A model generated the notes under the pieces. The model was not told the origin of the DNA, searched no databases, and worked only from the letters and a program-made list of their open reading frames with translations. Positions 29,504 to 39,152 of a DNA stretch of 64,000 bases are shown one piece after another. This DNA comes from a virus (lineage: Duplodnaviria; Heunggongvirae; Uroviricota; Caudoviricetes): the IMG/VR virus record IMGVR_UViG_2740892441_000001; one strand, given 5' to 3'. How positions within the stretch are numbered: the stretch's first letter is position 1; each line of letters begins with the position of its first letter. The position numbers were made by a program, and so were the translations under genes.

Positions 29504-31189
29504 TTATTTAACGCGTTTGAAAACGTATACGCTGACTGTGATCCCGGTATCTTCAAACTCGTTGGTAAACGACTTCCCTTTGGCATAAACGTAATTATCC
29601 ATCGTCATCCAGCTCAGGATTGGCGCAGTGCCCGGCAATACTGCTACAAGACGCCCGCCGACTTTCAGATGCCCCAGCGCAGCCAGCGTGTGCTCTCTAT
29701 GACGACCAAGCGAGTACGGCGGGTTCATAACGATTTTGTCGAACTGATAACCTGCGTTGTCCTCAGACCACTTTATGAAGTCACAGCAAATCGTGTTCGT
29801 ATACCCTTTTCCACGCAGGATATCAGCGAAGAGAGGTGCGATTTCTATGCAGGTAACATCTTCCAGATCGGCGTTAATATAGGCCAGAAGATCCCCACGT
29901 CCGGCTTGAGGCTCCAGCAGCTTCTCACCAGGCTTCAATTCAGTGGCTCTGGCAACGTACTCAGCAATCAAGCGTGGGGTAGGGTAGAACTGGTGTGATT
30001 TTGTATCCGGTATTAAACCGGTAGCCACAATCGTATTTAGCGTATGGCCGATGTCATACGGGAACTGCCAGTGCTTTTTCTCCTGCACGCCGCCAATGAA
30101 GCTCAGTGTGCGCTCAAGCTCTTCCACCTGCGACTTCTGGAGAGCTGAATCAGAGAAGTACCATACGCCTTTGTCTTTGCTCAATCGCCCGTCACGAAGC
30201 GCAGTGCGAACCGGCACGGAGATCGTCTTCTGGATTAAACCGAACTGCTTTGGTGCCCGTGTTTTTGGCGCAGTTCGGCATGGCGAGGGGATTGCAGCAG
30301 GCATACTGTAAGCCAGCACCTCATTCAACTTCCAGGCCACGTCAGGATGTATTTCAAAGTGAACGTTGCCGTTCTTGAACATCTTCACGCGCATCAGATT
30401 TCCATCGACGTTCATCCAGTCACCGGTCTGGCAGTCGTTTGCCCTATACGCAGCTGATAGCACCTCAGCAGTGCGGTTGATGGTAATAAATTCTTTGTGC
30501 GCGAAGAAATGAAGCAAGACACGCAGATCGTCGATGTAGTCCTCTTTGCGATAGTTCACGCTAACGCTGTCCCGCCAGAAATCAGAAATGCAGTCAGCGA
30601 TTATCAGACGCTCGCTGAAACCGTTTGTCTTATTTGTCTTGTGCGCAGGACTCAGCGCCTTAAACAAGCCATACACGCGCTCAGAGAGATATTTGTGCCT
30701 GTCATTCAGCAAATTAAGCATCGTGGGTATGACCGTTTCTGCTTTGAACTCCGGTACACCAACGAACTCTTTAACCTTCATCTGGTAGCCGGTTCTGTCG
30801 GTTTTGATGACTTCCTGTTTGCCCTCTATAAACTGCTCGCGCCACTCATCTCGACGGGAAGCTGGCATGATCAGCAAAACGTTAGTCATGTCCGTGACCT
30901 TCCTCCAGTACTCGGCCCAAATATTCTGTTTCACCCATTCCAGATCGACTTTATCCAGCCAAGCTCGATTCAAACGTGAGCGTTCTTCATCTGGTCGGTG
31001 GTTCAGTTGCAGCAGGCGATTAATCATGTTGTGGCGTTCGTCGCCATAAACGAAGTCGTGAACCTGGTACATGAAAGCGATCTCTTTCTCGCACTCGGCC
31101 ACAATTTCGTGGATGACGTTCATTTCCTGCCGATAGTCGATAGCAGTGTTTGAGTTGGCATCGTCGATGATGGAAAGGGCTGTATTCAT
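29504..31189 (-). CDS. DNA N6-adenine methyltransferase (gamma-class C-terminal domain) with large N-terminal domain of unknown function
   Basis: C-terminal motifs in order X-I-IV: YPTP, LEPQAGRGDL, IVMNPPYS; N-terminal ~390 aa unassigned. Confidence 0.8.
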   Translation of the reverse strand: MNTALSIIDDANSNTAIDYRQEMNVIHEIVAECEKEIAFMYQVHDFVYGDERHNMINRLLQLNHRPDEERSRLNRAWLDKVDLEWVKQNIWAEYWRKVTDMTNVLLIMPASRRDEWREQFIEGKQEVIKTDRTGYQMKVKEFVGVPEFKAETVIPTMLNLLNDRHKYLSERVYGLFKALSPAHKTNKTNGFSERLIIADCISDFWRDSVSVNYRKEDYIDDLRVLLHFFAHKEFITINRTAEVLSAAYRANDCQTGDWMNVDGNLMRVKMFKNGNVHFEIHPDVAWKLNEVLAYSMPAAIPSPCRTAPKTRAPKQFGLIQKTISVPVRTALRDGRLSKDKGVWYFSDSALQKSQVEELERTLSFIGGVQEKKHWQFPYDIGHTLNTIVATGLIPDTKSHQFYPTPRLIAEYVARATELKPGEKLLEPQAGRGDLLAYINADLEDVTCIEIAPLFADILRGKGYTNTICCDFIKWSEDNAGYQFDKIVMNPPYSLGRHREHTLAALGHLKVGGRLVAVLPGTAPILSWMTMDNYVYAKGKSFTNEFEDTGITVSVYVFKRVK

Positions 31190-31292
31190 AATTGCACCAT
31201 TAAGAAGTGATTTGTTTAATGGTGCAATTATTTCAAAAATGAAAAGGTACTAAATAGAAATAAACAGGCAATCCTTCAAATAAAGGCATTGG

Positions 31293-32191
31293 CTAATCAT
31301 ACTTGGAGGTATTTATCACCAGAATTTTGTTTGTATAAATCTTCTTAATATCCCATGTGACATTACCGGAATACCATTGACCGTTATATACTTGGTTTCC
31401 AGTTGCACCTGTCATTGTTACATAGACAGGTCTGTCGTAATCGGTTCGTCTATAGTTATATACCCCAACCATAGCAGGCATTACCGCACATGGATACCCC
31501 ATATCTATTGTAAATTGAGGGTCAGAAATAGTGATAAGTTTCGCATCAAGGGGCATCATCTCACCGTGATACACCATTGCGCCTGCGCTGTTATACATGG
31601 CAATGCCATAGCCAGAATGTGGTAACACCATATCAGAAAAAGCATAAACTGTTATTGTTCCGGGGCTACCATTTACCTGATGCAATCTGAGAGCATTGTA
31701 TCCGTTACTATGCTCATGAATAAACATCATGTTCGCCTTATTACTGCTTTTTATGAAAAAAAAACATGATTTGTTTGATGGGATTGATGTTTGAAAAACA
31801 GAACCTTTAGATGTAGACATTGTCCCTTTATTAATCAGATTTTGCGGAGTAAATTCTGGACTCATCCACAAACTTCCATCTGATTGAGTAATTGACATCC
31901 CGAACATAATTATCCCCAGTATGTGTATATGTAAGAACCAAGCCCTGTATATAAATTTGACCAACTAACCGTATTTCCATTAATTGTCACTGTTGGAATA
32001 GGTAAATCGATATAGTTGTCGTTGTTAAGAGGCATCAGTGACCATACAGCATGTAGCGATTTACCCGGTGGTGGATTGGAGTACGTCTTAGAGCCTGATG
32101 ACGCCGTAAATCGATCAAGAAAAAAAATAGGTGTAAGGAAGCCTGTAACGTTAATTCCTTTATTGTTGTAAATCCCTGTACCGTATGCCAT
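31293..32191 (-). CDS. Hypothetical protein(s); two overlapping ORFs (31910-32191 and 31293-31964) possibly one frameshifted gene
   Basis: Low-GC region; ORFs overlap by ~55 nt in different frames. Confidence 0.35.
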
Positions 32192-32245
32192 TTTTCATCC
32201 TTGTTTTTATCAACATAATATGGCCGATCATGCGGCCATATCAGA

Positions 32246-32815
32246 TCAATTAGAGCTTTGAAAGGCTTTGTGTGGCTGTGTTGCGAGGTTATGTCGATGA
32301 CTTAACTCACGCATCATGTCTTCAAGGCGACTCTTTGTGTCGTCGAGTTGATCAGCCATTGCTCCCAAAAGCTGACGAACGGCCATCGGATCGTCGCTGT
32401 TTAGTGATGGCATTTTATAACCCGCCTGAGAAGACATCAGATTGAACGCAGACATCAACATCGTTAGAGAGGATTTAAGCCCGGCAATTTCACGATCTTT
32501 GCTGGCAATAATCGTCTCACTTTTGTTACCGTCATGAGTTCCTTGAGTCTCGCTCACCATATCCAAAGTCGCTTGCAACTTATCAGCTCTCTCTTTTTCA
32601 GCAAGGTAATGAACACCGAAATGATGTGCTAAAGCTACAACCTGAGTTGGTTCTTCAAAGGTGGAATTAAAATTAAGTACTGTAAACAGTCTCTCAAATA
32701 TGGAAACGTCTTCTGTTCCCCGAACAATGCCTAACATTTTGACAAGTTCATTAGCATCCATTTCTTCGAATAGGGCGTTTTGTTCATCAGCTATTGCTTT
32801 GCATTTCTCGCACAT
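32246..32815 (-). CDS. Hypothetical protein
   Basis: 189 aa; conserved promoter element at 32828-32860 upstream. Confidence 0.5.
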   Translation of the reverse strand: MCEKCKAIADEQNALFEEMDANELVKMLGIVRGTEDVSIFERLFTVLNFNSTFEEPTQVVALAHHFGVHYLAEKERADKLQATLDMVSETQGTHDGNKSETIIASKDREIAGLKSSLTMLMSAFNLMSSQAGYKMPSLNSDDPMAVRQLLGAMADQLDDTKSRLEDMMRELSHRHNLATQPHKAFQSSN

Positions 32816-32954
32816 GTGTTTTCCTTAATGCTTAAACAAGTTGTTTTCTTATTGGCTTTATTGTGATGTGACATAAAAGGGGAGCAAGCTAAACGTAAAG
32901 GTGCAAACTCTCTATTTCGGTCAACGAAACACAAGGGCCAAATGGCCCTTGTCA

Positions 32955-33113
32955 TTAACACGTTGCTTTACGGACTAGCGGATAAGCGAAGTAGATCGCC
33001 AGACCAATGAGGACGCCATCAGAAATGACAGACATCATCTTTCCCGTAAAATCCACCAACACCGCCATCACCAGAAGAGCAATGACGGTCACAAGCCGGA
33101 ATCTCTCAAGCAT
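32955..33113 (-). CDS. Small hydrophobic protein (52 aa), translationally coupled to the TerB-like gene
   Basis: Hand-translated MLERFRLVTVIALLVMAVLVDFTGKMMSVISDGVLIGLAIYFAYPLVRKATC; ATG overlaps upstream stop; below the 60 aa ORF cutoff. Confidence 0.3.
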   Translation of the reverse strand: MLERFRLVTVIALLVMAVLVDFTGKMMSVISDGVLIGLAIYFAYPLVRKATC

Positions 33114-33538
33114 TAGAGATAAGCATCCAGTGACAACTGAAGCGCCTGGGCGATCTTTTTCAGCGCCAGCTCTTCTGGTTCATCAATGCCGTCTTGGTCG
33201 GCAATATCAAGGCACAGACACAGTACATCTACTGCATCATCAGTCCCGGCCACATCCGCCAGCTCACGTAAAGCCTGGGCATTAGCACGGCGCGGTGAGG
33301 CTTCGTATTGAGCGCGGATATTGGCGCTCATCTGGGCAATCTCACCAGCAAAAGGAGAAAATGCAGGCAGAGCTGCAATTGTTTTCTCAAGAATGGAAAT
33401 TTCTTTTGCGTCACATGTACCGTTGGCATAGGAGATCATGTACCCGCCCCACACGGTGGCTTCAACCGCATCACGGTTCTCCATTTTTTTGACTTCGATA
33501 ACTGCTTTACGAGTTTTCTTTTTGAAGAAACCTAACAT
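33113..33538 (-). CDS. TerB-like domain protein
   Basis: 141 aa; C-terminal DIADQDGIDEPEELALKKIAQAL resembles TerB-type repeats. Confidence 0.45.
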   Translation of the reverse strand: MLGFFKKKTRKAVIEVKKMENRDAVEATVWGGYMISYANGTCDAKEISILEKTIAALPAFSPFAGEIAQMSANIRAQYEASPRRANAQALRELADVAGTDDAVDVLCLCLDIADQDGIDEPEELALKKIAQALQLSLDAYL

Positions 33539-33631
33539 GTGTTTTCCTTTTGTTATTTGTCAAAACAAGTTGTTTTCTAGTTAAATAAATTGCTTACGCA
33601 AAGACGGTCAATGCATAGGCACTAACAGCCG

Positions 33632-33823
33632 TCAGAAATAACCAAGTACCGAACCAACTGGAAAAACAAAAATCCCAACTACACGAGCCAAGGTCATGCC
33701 AGCCTGAAACTGGAGATCACCAGAGCAAACAAGTTTTATAATGTTCGATACCCAACCGGCGGCCATGAGGCCAGAATTGCCAGCCAAATTTTTCCAAAGT
33801 GATTTGAAAACCAGTTCATACAA
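33632..33823 (-). CDS. Small putative membrane protein
   Basis: 63 aa, hydrophobic. Confidence 0.35.
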   Translation of the reverse strand: MYELVFKSLWKNLAGNSGLMAAGWVSNIIKLVCSGDLQFQAGMTLARVVGIFVFPVGSVLGYF

Positions 33824-33828
33824 CCGCC

Positions 33829-34323
33829 TTAGTCACAGCATGATCCTGAGTAACTGGATGAACTTGAGGTATCGCATCCACCGCCATCCCATCCAGAGTG
33901 ACAGGACGCTCCACTGGAGTGGTGGTAATTGTCGTCGACGAAGGTGTGGTGATGGATGAATCCGGCATCAAAAGGCTCTGACCGGCTGGAACGGCTACCG
34001 TCGCCAGTGAAACTATAATGAGAACGTAGGCCATTGGTTTCAGCCTCTTTCTTTGAAAATTTTCCATCCGAACGGTCCTTGTTATTTTTCTCCTTCACTA
34101 AAGGCCGTGCATTTTTCGCTTCACATGAAGAACTGGAGGTTACAATCGCCCCCACGTTCGCAACAACTGACGCTTGCTTATCTAAACGTGCCTTCAGCAC
34201 CAGAACGGTAGTTTCCAATTCATCAAGACGTGACAGAAGGCGACCGCTAAATAATTCGGCCAAAATTTGACGTAAAGAACGAGGGCGTTTAGTTGCAGGA
34301 GTTAAAAAAAATTGACGTGCCAT
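33829..34323 (-). CDS. Hypothetical protein (C-terminal part doubtful; alternative embedded ORF 33816-34067 has a signal-peptide-like N-terminus)
   Basis: N-terminal 80 aa coiled-coil-like; C-terminal Ser/Gly/Cys-rich tail looks non-native. Confidence 0.3.
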   Translation of the reverse strand: MARQFFLTPATKRPRSLRQILAELFSGRLLSRLDELETTVLVLKARLDKQASVVANVGAIVTSSSSCEAKNARPLVKEKNNKDRSDGKFSKKEAETNGLRSHYSFTGDGSRSSRSEPFDAGFIHHHTFVDDNYHHSSGASCHSGWDGGGCDTSSSSSYSGSCCD

Positions 34324-34468
34324 ATGGACTCCATCCAGTGTCAGAAAGAGTTGCGGCTGGCGATTGCCAGCCGCCTTTCTCGTTCCATCCTGGAACTGTG
34401 TCTTACCGACACATTGTCATCCTGACGCCGATAAGATACATGATTTAAAATGATAGGTAAACACTTAC

Positions 34469-35062
34469 TTACTGCTTGTTATAAACAAAACCAATATCTT
34501 TCTTGTGAGGCATATCTGCTGCGGAAAAAGCTGCGATCTTCGCGAGTCGATCACATATTTCATTTTCACGATGCCCGGCGTGACCTTTAACCCACTTCCA
34601 GCGAACATTATGTCGACTTGCGGCCTCATCCAGACGCTTCCACAGATCAACATTCTTTACCGGTTTTTTGTCAGAAGTCATCCATCCATTGCGTTTCCAG
34701 AATTTCATCCACTGTGTCATGCCGTTTTTCAGATACTGGCTATCAGAGTGCATAATAACGTTGCATGGATATTTCAAACGCTCCAGCCCGATAAGTGCCC
34801 CCATCATCTCCATGCGGTTATTGGTGGTGCTATGAAAACCATCTGAGAACTCGCGTTCCTCACCACGATACTGGAGAACTATACCGTAACCGCCCGGGCC
34901 ACCCGGATTTTTAAGGCAAGAGCCATCACTGAAGATTTTCACGGTTTTAAGCTGGGGATTGAACTCTACGACAGGCGTTGTGGGATTGGTGCGGGGAGAA
35001 TTTTTGTTTTTGTCTTTTTTGCGAGTTTTTGCTTGCGACCGGGCTGGTGTCTTCGACGTCAT
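34469..35062 (-). CDS. rnhA: Ribonuclease HI with basic N-terminal extension
   Basis: Core [18 protein letters not shown]...[11 protein letters not shown]...DSQY...[15 protein letters not shown] closely parallels E. coli RNase HI; start set at MTSKTPARS (RBS GGAG). Confidence 0.9.
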   Translation of the reverse strand: MTSKTPARSQAKTRKKDKNKNSPRTNPTTPVVEFNPQLKTVKIFSDGSCLKNPGGPGGYGIVLQYRGEEREFSDGFHSTTNNRMEMMGALIGLERLKYPCNVIMHSDSQYLKNGMTQWMKFWKRNGWMTSDKKPVKNVDLWKRLDEAASRHNVRWKWVKGHAGHRENEICDRLAKIAAFSAADMPHKKDIGFVYNKQ

Positions 35063-35119
35063 ATAAACTCCTGAATCAAGCGCCGCGCCGTTTTTTCCTC
35101 GCGCGTGCGCACACACGTG

Positions 35120-35640
35120 CGTGTAATAATTATTAAAATAAACAAATTACTTCCCAGTACAGGTTTTTATAAACCTGAACTGAACGAACGAAGTGAGTGA
35201 AGTTCACCTCGAACGAAGTGAGAGGTTGTCTTTTCAGGTAATACTCTCCCAGGGAGGTGAGTATAAAATTCCTCACCAACCTGGTCGTTTCATAACCTGA
35301 AAAGCTATGGTCTAAGTCTACTGCCAGCTTAGACTTGGGAAGTTATGGATGACAGCACCCCAGAACCGAGATCTTCCCACACTTTATGAAGGGGAGTACT
35401 GGATTCAACCTCTCGAAACACCCCAGACTCGACAATCATAAAGTGACCCTTGTCTCCGCTCACTTTGGTTCCCCCTTCCCCGACACCTAAACGGCACCGG
35501 TTCTACGCTGGTAGTGAGCTTTTTTAAACCTGACGCCAGTGACGCTTACCCCCACCCATCAGGTCGAGTCTCCAGTCTACGACTGGAAACTATCAGATCT
35601 TAGCACTTACAATTCATCTTATGAATAGTTTGTACTTATC
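35120..35640. other. ~520 bp ORF-free region with multiple hairpins and a 12 bp direct repeat (GAACGAAGTGAG x2)
   Basis: No ORF of 60 aa or more on either strand; hairpins CAGGTTTttataAAACCTG, GGTGAG..CTCACC, GTCTAAG..CTTAGAC; AGTGAGC + TTTTTT at ~35511-35526. Confidence 0.5.
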
Positions 35641-35642
35641 TA

Positions 35643-35897
35643 TCATTTCGATTGATTATTTTCTCGACCATGTAGTTGAACATTCAAGGCAAACACCTCG
35701 TTAATCAACTCACCTAAAAGCTGTTCAACAAGTTCGCGATGCTCCCCAAGATGCAAGCACTTAATTGCCCATTCGTACAAGTTGAAAGCCTGCTCGCGAT
35801 CTTTCATCATTTCACGGGCCTGGGCCAGAAAATCGCTCTCTACGAGCGCAACGACATTAGTCGGGTATGACATGTTAGTTTCCTTAAAGTGATTCAT
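35643..35897 (-). CDS. Hypothetical small protein
   Basis: 84 aa; start may be the internal MSYPTNVV. Confidence 0.4.
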   Translation of the reverse strand: MNHFKETNMSYPTNVVALVESDFLAQAREMMKDREQAFNLYEWAIKCLHLGEHRELVEQLLGELINEVFALNVQLHGRENNQSK

Positions 35898-35953
35898 AAA
35901 ATCGATTTTAAAGCGTCTGGGAAGGGGTTCTAGTGGATTCTGTAGTGATGTTC

Positions 35954-36045
35954 AGGTCTGGAGTCTCTGATACAAAACAGCCTGCTTCCGTATATTAATA
36001 ATTAATATGTAGTTATTTATATATACAGAAGCAGGCTAATTACAG
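35954..36045. repeat. Second copy of the long palindrome (AGCCTGCTTCCGTATAT...ATATATACAGAAGCAGGCT)
   Basis: Shares the CCTGCTTCCGTATAT arm with the 4839-4936 palindrome. Confidence 0.7.
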
Positions 36046-36058
36046 ACGCCAGAACAAA

Positions 36059-36652
36059 CTAAGCAGCCTTCTTTGATGGTCTTTTTTTCCTGATCACATT
36101 CGCAGGATCATACCCTCCCAGACTTTTCATGACGTCCAAAGGGATCTTGCTTATAGAGTGCCCAGCGTCCTGACAGAATCCTCGAAAAACAACGAGCATA
36201 CTGCCACCTGGGTTGATGTTTACTTCTACCTGACCCAGATTGACGTCAGGCTCGACAAACGCTACGCGGCCACCAGACAGAATAATCGTCTCATTCGCAC
36301 ACTCTGTTGCACGCTCATACCACTTTGTATCTAGGGATTGAGGAATTAGCATCACTGTTGTAACTCCGCGAGCCTGCTCACGTATAGCCGCATCAATCCA
36401 GGGGGAGATTTTGGAGTAGGGTGGATTGAGGAAGGCAATTGTACCTGGCTGTCCCCATTCAGATTTCAAAGCATCACGCTCAACGCCTATGAAATTAGGC
36501 AGCTTTGCATTGTCCTTGTTGCAGGCAACGTCAACATCAAATGTCACTCCAAGATAACGTTGAATGGCAGAAAACAGCCAGTCAGGTGTTCTCCAGAGGT
36601 CACGAAGAGAGTTGTCGCGCTTTCGCTGTTTGATTTTTTCGGCTGCAATCAT
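36059..36652 (-). CDS. Phage Dam-type DNA N6-adenine methyltransferase
   Basis: DLWRTPDWLF and AFLNPPYS motifs characteristic of the phage Dam family. Confidence 0.8.
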   Translation of the reverse strand: MIAAEKIKQRKRDNSLRDLWRTPDWLFSAIQRYLGVTFDVDVACNKDNAKLPNFIGVERDALKSEWGQPGTIAFLNPPYSKISPWIDAAIREQARGVTTVMLIPQSLDTKWYERATECANETIILSGGRVAFVEPDVNLGQVEVNINPGGSMLVVFRGFCQDAGHSISKIPLDVMKSLGGYDPANVIRKKRPSKKAA

Positions 36653-36835
36653 CTTCTTTCTCGATAGGTAAGTAAATACCTATTTTTGCATTTGATTTTA
36701 TGTCTGGCAATCAAATAAAACGCGCCAGAAATGCAAACGAGAAGCTCTCTGGCGCGTTTTTGTGGTGCTGGGTATGTGATTGGCTTACCCAGCACTATAA
36801 AGCTCTCTATGGGCTTTATTTTCAGTAGGGGAACG

Positions 36836-37645
36836 TCATCCAATAGTGTACTCCGCGACAAACTTCTTAACGATCGGTGATTCTTCGTTCAATGTTAGAT
36901 TTCCACCGCCTCTAACGGCAATTCCTGTCGCTGGAAATACAGCCATCATTTGCCCAGCCTGAGTTGACGCAGTGTTAAGCGGATACGGTTTTTCTGGATT
37001 GCTCATTAAAGCAATCTTAATACTATTACTTGTAGCCTTCTTTTCTGTGAGAAGGTGTCTCATGGAAATTACCGTGTAAACACTAATATCTGGACCTCCG
37101 CTAAACCAATTAAGAAGGTTTAATATCTTATCCTTTGCTTTGACAGGCGCGTTATCGTAAGCGTCTAAGAAAATATCTTTTTCTAAGCCCGCTTTATTGA
37201 AAAACGAATCATCTTTATCACTTAAAGTAAAACGAGGACCTCTTGCAGTACGAGCTTTTTTATTTGTATTGCTATCATTTGACTGTTGAACTTTTAATTC
37301 ATCATTAACCTCAACACACTCTTCAACCTCAATAAATCCCAATTGTTCTGGCTCGTTTTCGGCAGCTTCAACACTTTCAGCGTTAATTACGTTTATAGGC
37401 TCATGCGCTAACTCCAACTCATTTAAAGCAGAGCTGAAATCACCTGCTTTTTCTTCATTGAACAGTTCTTCGGCAACATCATCAGAACTCATGGCTACGC
37501 CAGCATCTAGGCCGAGCAGCAGATCGTCAATATCATCAGTATTTTCAACCTGTGCAGCTTTTTTTACTGGTTCATCAAGTGATTGCAACATGGCTGTCAG
37601 CTCGTCCAGATCATCATTTGTCATTACATTTTCAACCGAACTCAT
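36836..37645 (-). CDS. Hypothetical protein with highly acidic N-terminal half
   Basis: 269 aa; N-terminal ~110 aa extremely D/E-rich; terminator hairpin at ~36720-36755 downstream. Confidence 0.5.
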   Translation of the reverse strand: MSSVENVMTNDDLDELTAMLQSLDEPVKKAAQVENTDDIDDLLLGLDAGVAMSSDDVAEELFNEEKAGDFSSALNELELAHEPINVINAESVEAAENEPEQLGFIEVEECVEVNDELKVQQSNDSNTNKKARTARGPRFTLSDKDDSFFNKAGLEKDIFLDAYDNAPVKAKDKILNLLNWFSGGPDISVYTVISMRHLLTEKKATSNSIKIALMSNPEKPYPLNTASTQAGQMMAVFPATGIAVRGGGNLTLNEESPIVKKFVAEYTIG

Positions 37646-37803
37646 GTAAGTCTCCTTCTGTTTGGTTACATTTGCGTTTCGATGGCTACATTTTGACTAA
37701 ACCTATCAGGCGGAAAAGTATTAAATACAGGCAGGAAATGATTGAAAGGCGACTGTTCTTTAAAAGAAAGCCTACTTTAAACTTTTTAAAGTAGGCTTTT
37801 GTT

Positions 37804-38352
37804 TTACACAATTTCAGAGGGTAATTTAAAAAATCCGTACTTATTACGTGCCTTAAAGAAGCATTGCATCATTAAGTTTGTGTCATATAAGGCACTATGT
37901 GCTTTGGCATGATCGTATATAAAGCCAAGAGAGAAGGCCAACTCTTCAAGGCGGGGACGTTTACCGTCTTCTGTGGCCCACAGGGAAAATAGAGTGTCAA
38001 TCAATGGGATGTCTGGAAGCGAAAAACCGTAACTTTTCAGCTCATGCCTAATAAACGGAATATCGAACGCTTCGCCGTTGTGGGCTATCCAAATATCGGA
38101 AGAAGAGAGATACGAAGCGACAGATGAAGCGTGATCGGCTAGTAACGGCTCGGCGGCTAAATCTTCAAGACTGATGCCGTGTACCGCTTGCGCTTTCGGA
38201 TCGATACTGCGACGCGGGTTGAACCGCATTGCAAAACTATCAACCATTGTCTGTGTCTCAATTTCGTACTTCACCATTGCGATTTCAATGATTTTATGGC
38301 CTGAGAGGAAATCAAGACCTGTTGATTCGATGTCCACCCCTGTAGCAATCAC
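37804..38352 (-). CDS. DnaQ-like (DEDD) 3'-5' exonuclease
   Basis: Exo I VDIESTGL, Exo II IAHNGEAFDIPF, Exo III HSALYDT motifs. Confidence 0.8.
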   Translation of the reverse strand: MIATGVDIESTGLDFLSGHKIIEIAMVKYEIETQTMVDSFAMRFNPRRSIDPKAQAVHGISLEDLAAEPLLADHASSVASYLSSSDIWIAHNGEAFDIPFIRHELKSYGFSLPDIPLIDTLFSLWATEDGKRPRLEELAFSLGFIYDHAKAHSALYDTNLMMQCFFKARNKYGFFKLPSEIV

Positions 38353-39143
38353 TTTTTATCTCCTTTTACTGGTCGTTTGGACGGTGTGAAGATGGCAGCT
38401 TCAACATCCCACCCCCTCAAAATTCGCTGCGAGATAATGGTCGCAGTCAAGCCAACCTCTCTAGCCCATTCGGTAATTCGCTGAGTTCTGCCGCGACACT
38501 CGATCAGACGCTTACTATCTCGGTTGGCATACGTGTCGACGCTGGCGTTAAGCGCGCGATCTAATGGCCACCCTTTCTTGATTCGATAGTGAAGAGTTGA
38601 TGTCTGAATCCCGGCTCTTTTAGCCCATTGTGAGAGAGTCAGCTTTTCCCCCTTATGCTCCAAAATTAAGTTTGAACGCGTGTTATTGGCCTGTTCTTCA
38701 AAAGTCGCCCATCTGCAATTTTCAGGTTCGTAGTCACCATTCACATCTTTGCGATCAAGAGACATCCCCTCTGGTCGCTCTCCCATGTCAGCATAAAAGT
38801 TTTCAAATATTTGCCACCGCTCGCAGACTTTGATACCTCGGCCGCCATACCACTTATAGGCGTGATGGGTTGGTTTTTCACATCGTTCCCGCATACCCAG
38901 CCATATACGATAAATTGGCGTTTTACTCATACCATGAGGCTTTACGCTACGGCGATGTGCGTTGTAGACACAGCCACACGATATTGTCGCCCCGTGATTT
39001 AGCTTCCCGTAACTAACCAGGCAGGTGTTGCCGCAATCGCAGATGCAATCCCAAAGTCGCCCTTGTTTGTTTGAAATACCGGAATATTTAAGTGCAACCA
39101 ACTTTCCAAAACGTTTACCTGTTATGTCTACCGGTTGTCCCAT
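38349..39143 (-). CDS. HNH/AP2-type homing-endonuclease-like protein
   Basis: Cys cluster CICDCGN...CGC plus IYRIWLGMRERC...YGGRGIKVCERW...F.NFYADMG typical of phage free-standing HNH endonucleases. Confidence 0.65.
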   Translation of the reverse strand: MGQPVDITGKRFGKLVALKYSGISNKQGRLWDCICDCGNTCLVSYGKLNHGATISCGCVYNAHRRSVKPHGMSKTPIYRIWLGMRERCEKPTHHAYKWYGGRGIKVCERWQIFENFYADMGERPEGMSLDRKDVNGDYEPENCRWATFEEQANNTRSNLILEHKGEKLTLSQWAKRAGIQTSTLHYRIKKGWPLDRALNASVDTYANRDSKRLIECRGRTQRITEWAREVGLTATIISQRILRGWDVEAAIFTPSKRPVKGDKK

Positions 39144-39152
39144 TACTACTCC

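Noticed and set aside
33007-33285. Plus-strand 92 aa ORF overlapping the TerB-like gene region
   Set aside because: It is antisense to the TerB-like gene and the coupled minus-strand small membrane ORF and has no RBS.
24161-34323. Calling the 24.1-34.3 kb small-gene block a lysis cassette (holin/spanin)
   Set aside because: The embedded ORF at 33816-34067 has a signal-peptide-like start but no lipobox cysteine, and no endolysin motif was recognised nearby.
13630-35640. tRNA genes in the larger non-coding intervals (13630-14030, 17350-17640, 35120-35640)
   Set aside because: No T-arm GGTTCGANTCC-type signature or its reverse complement was found by eye; only a proper tRNAscan run could fully exclude them.
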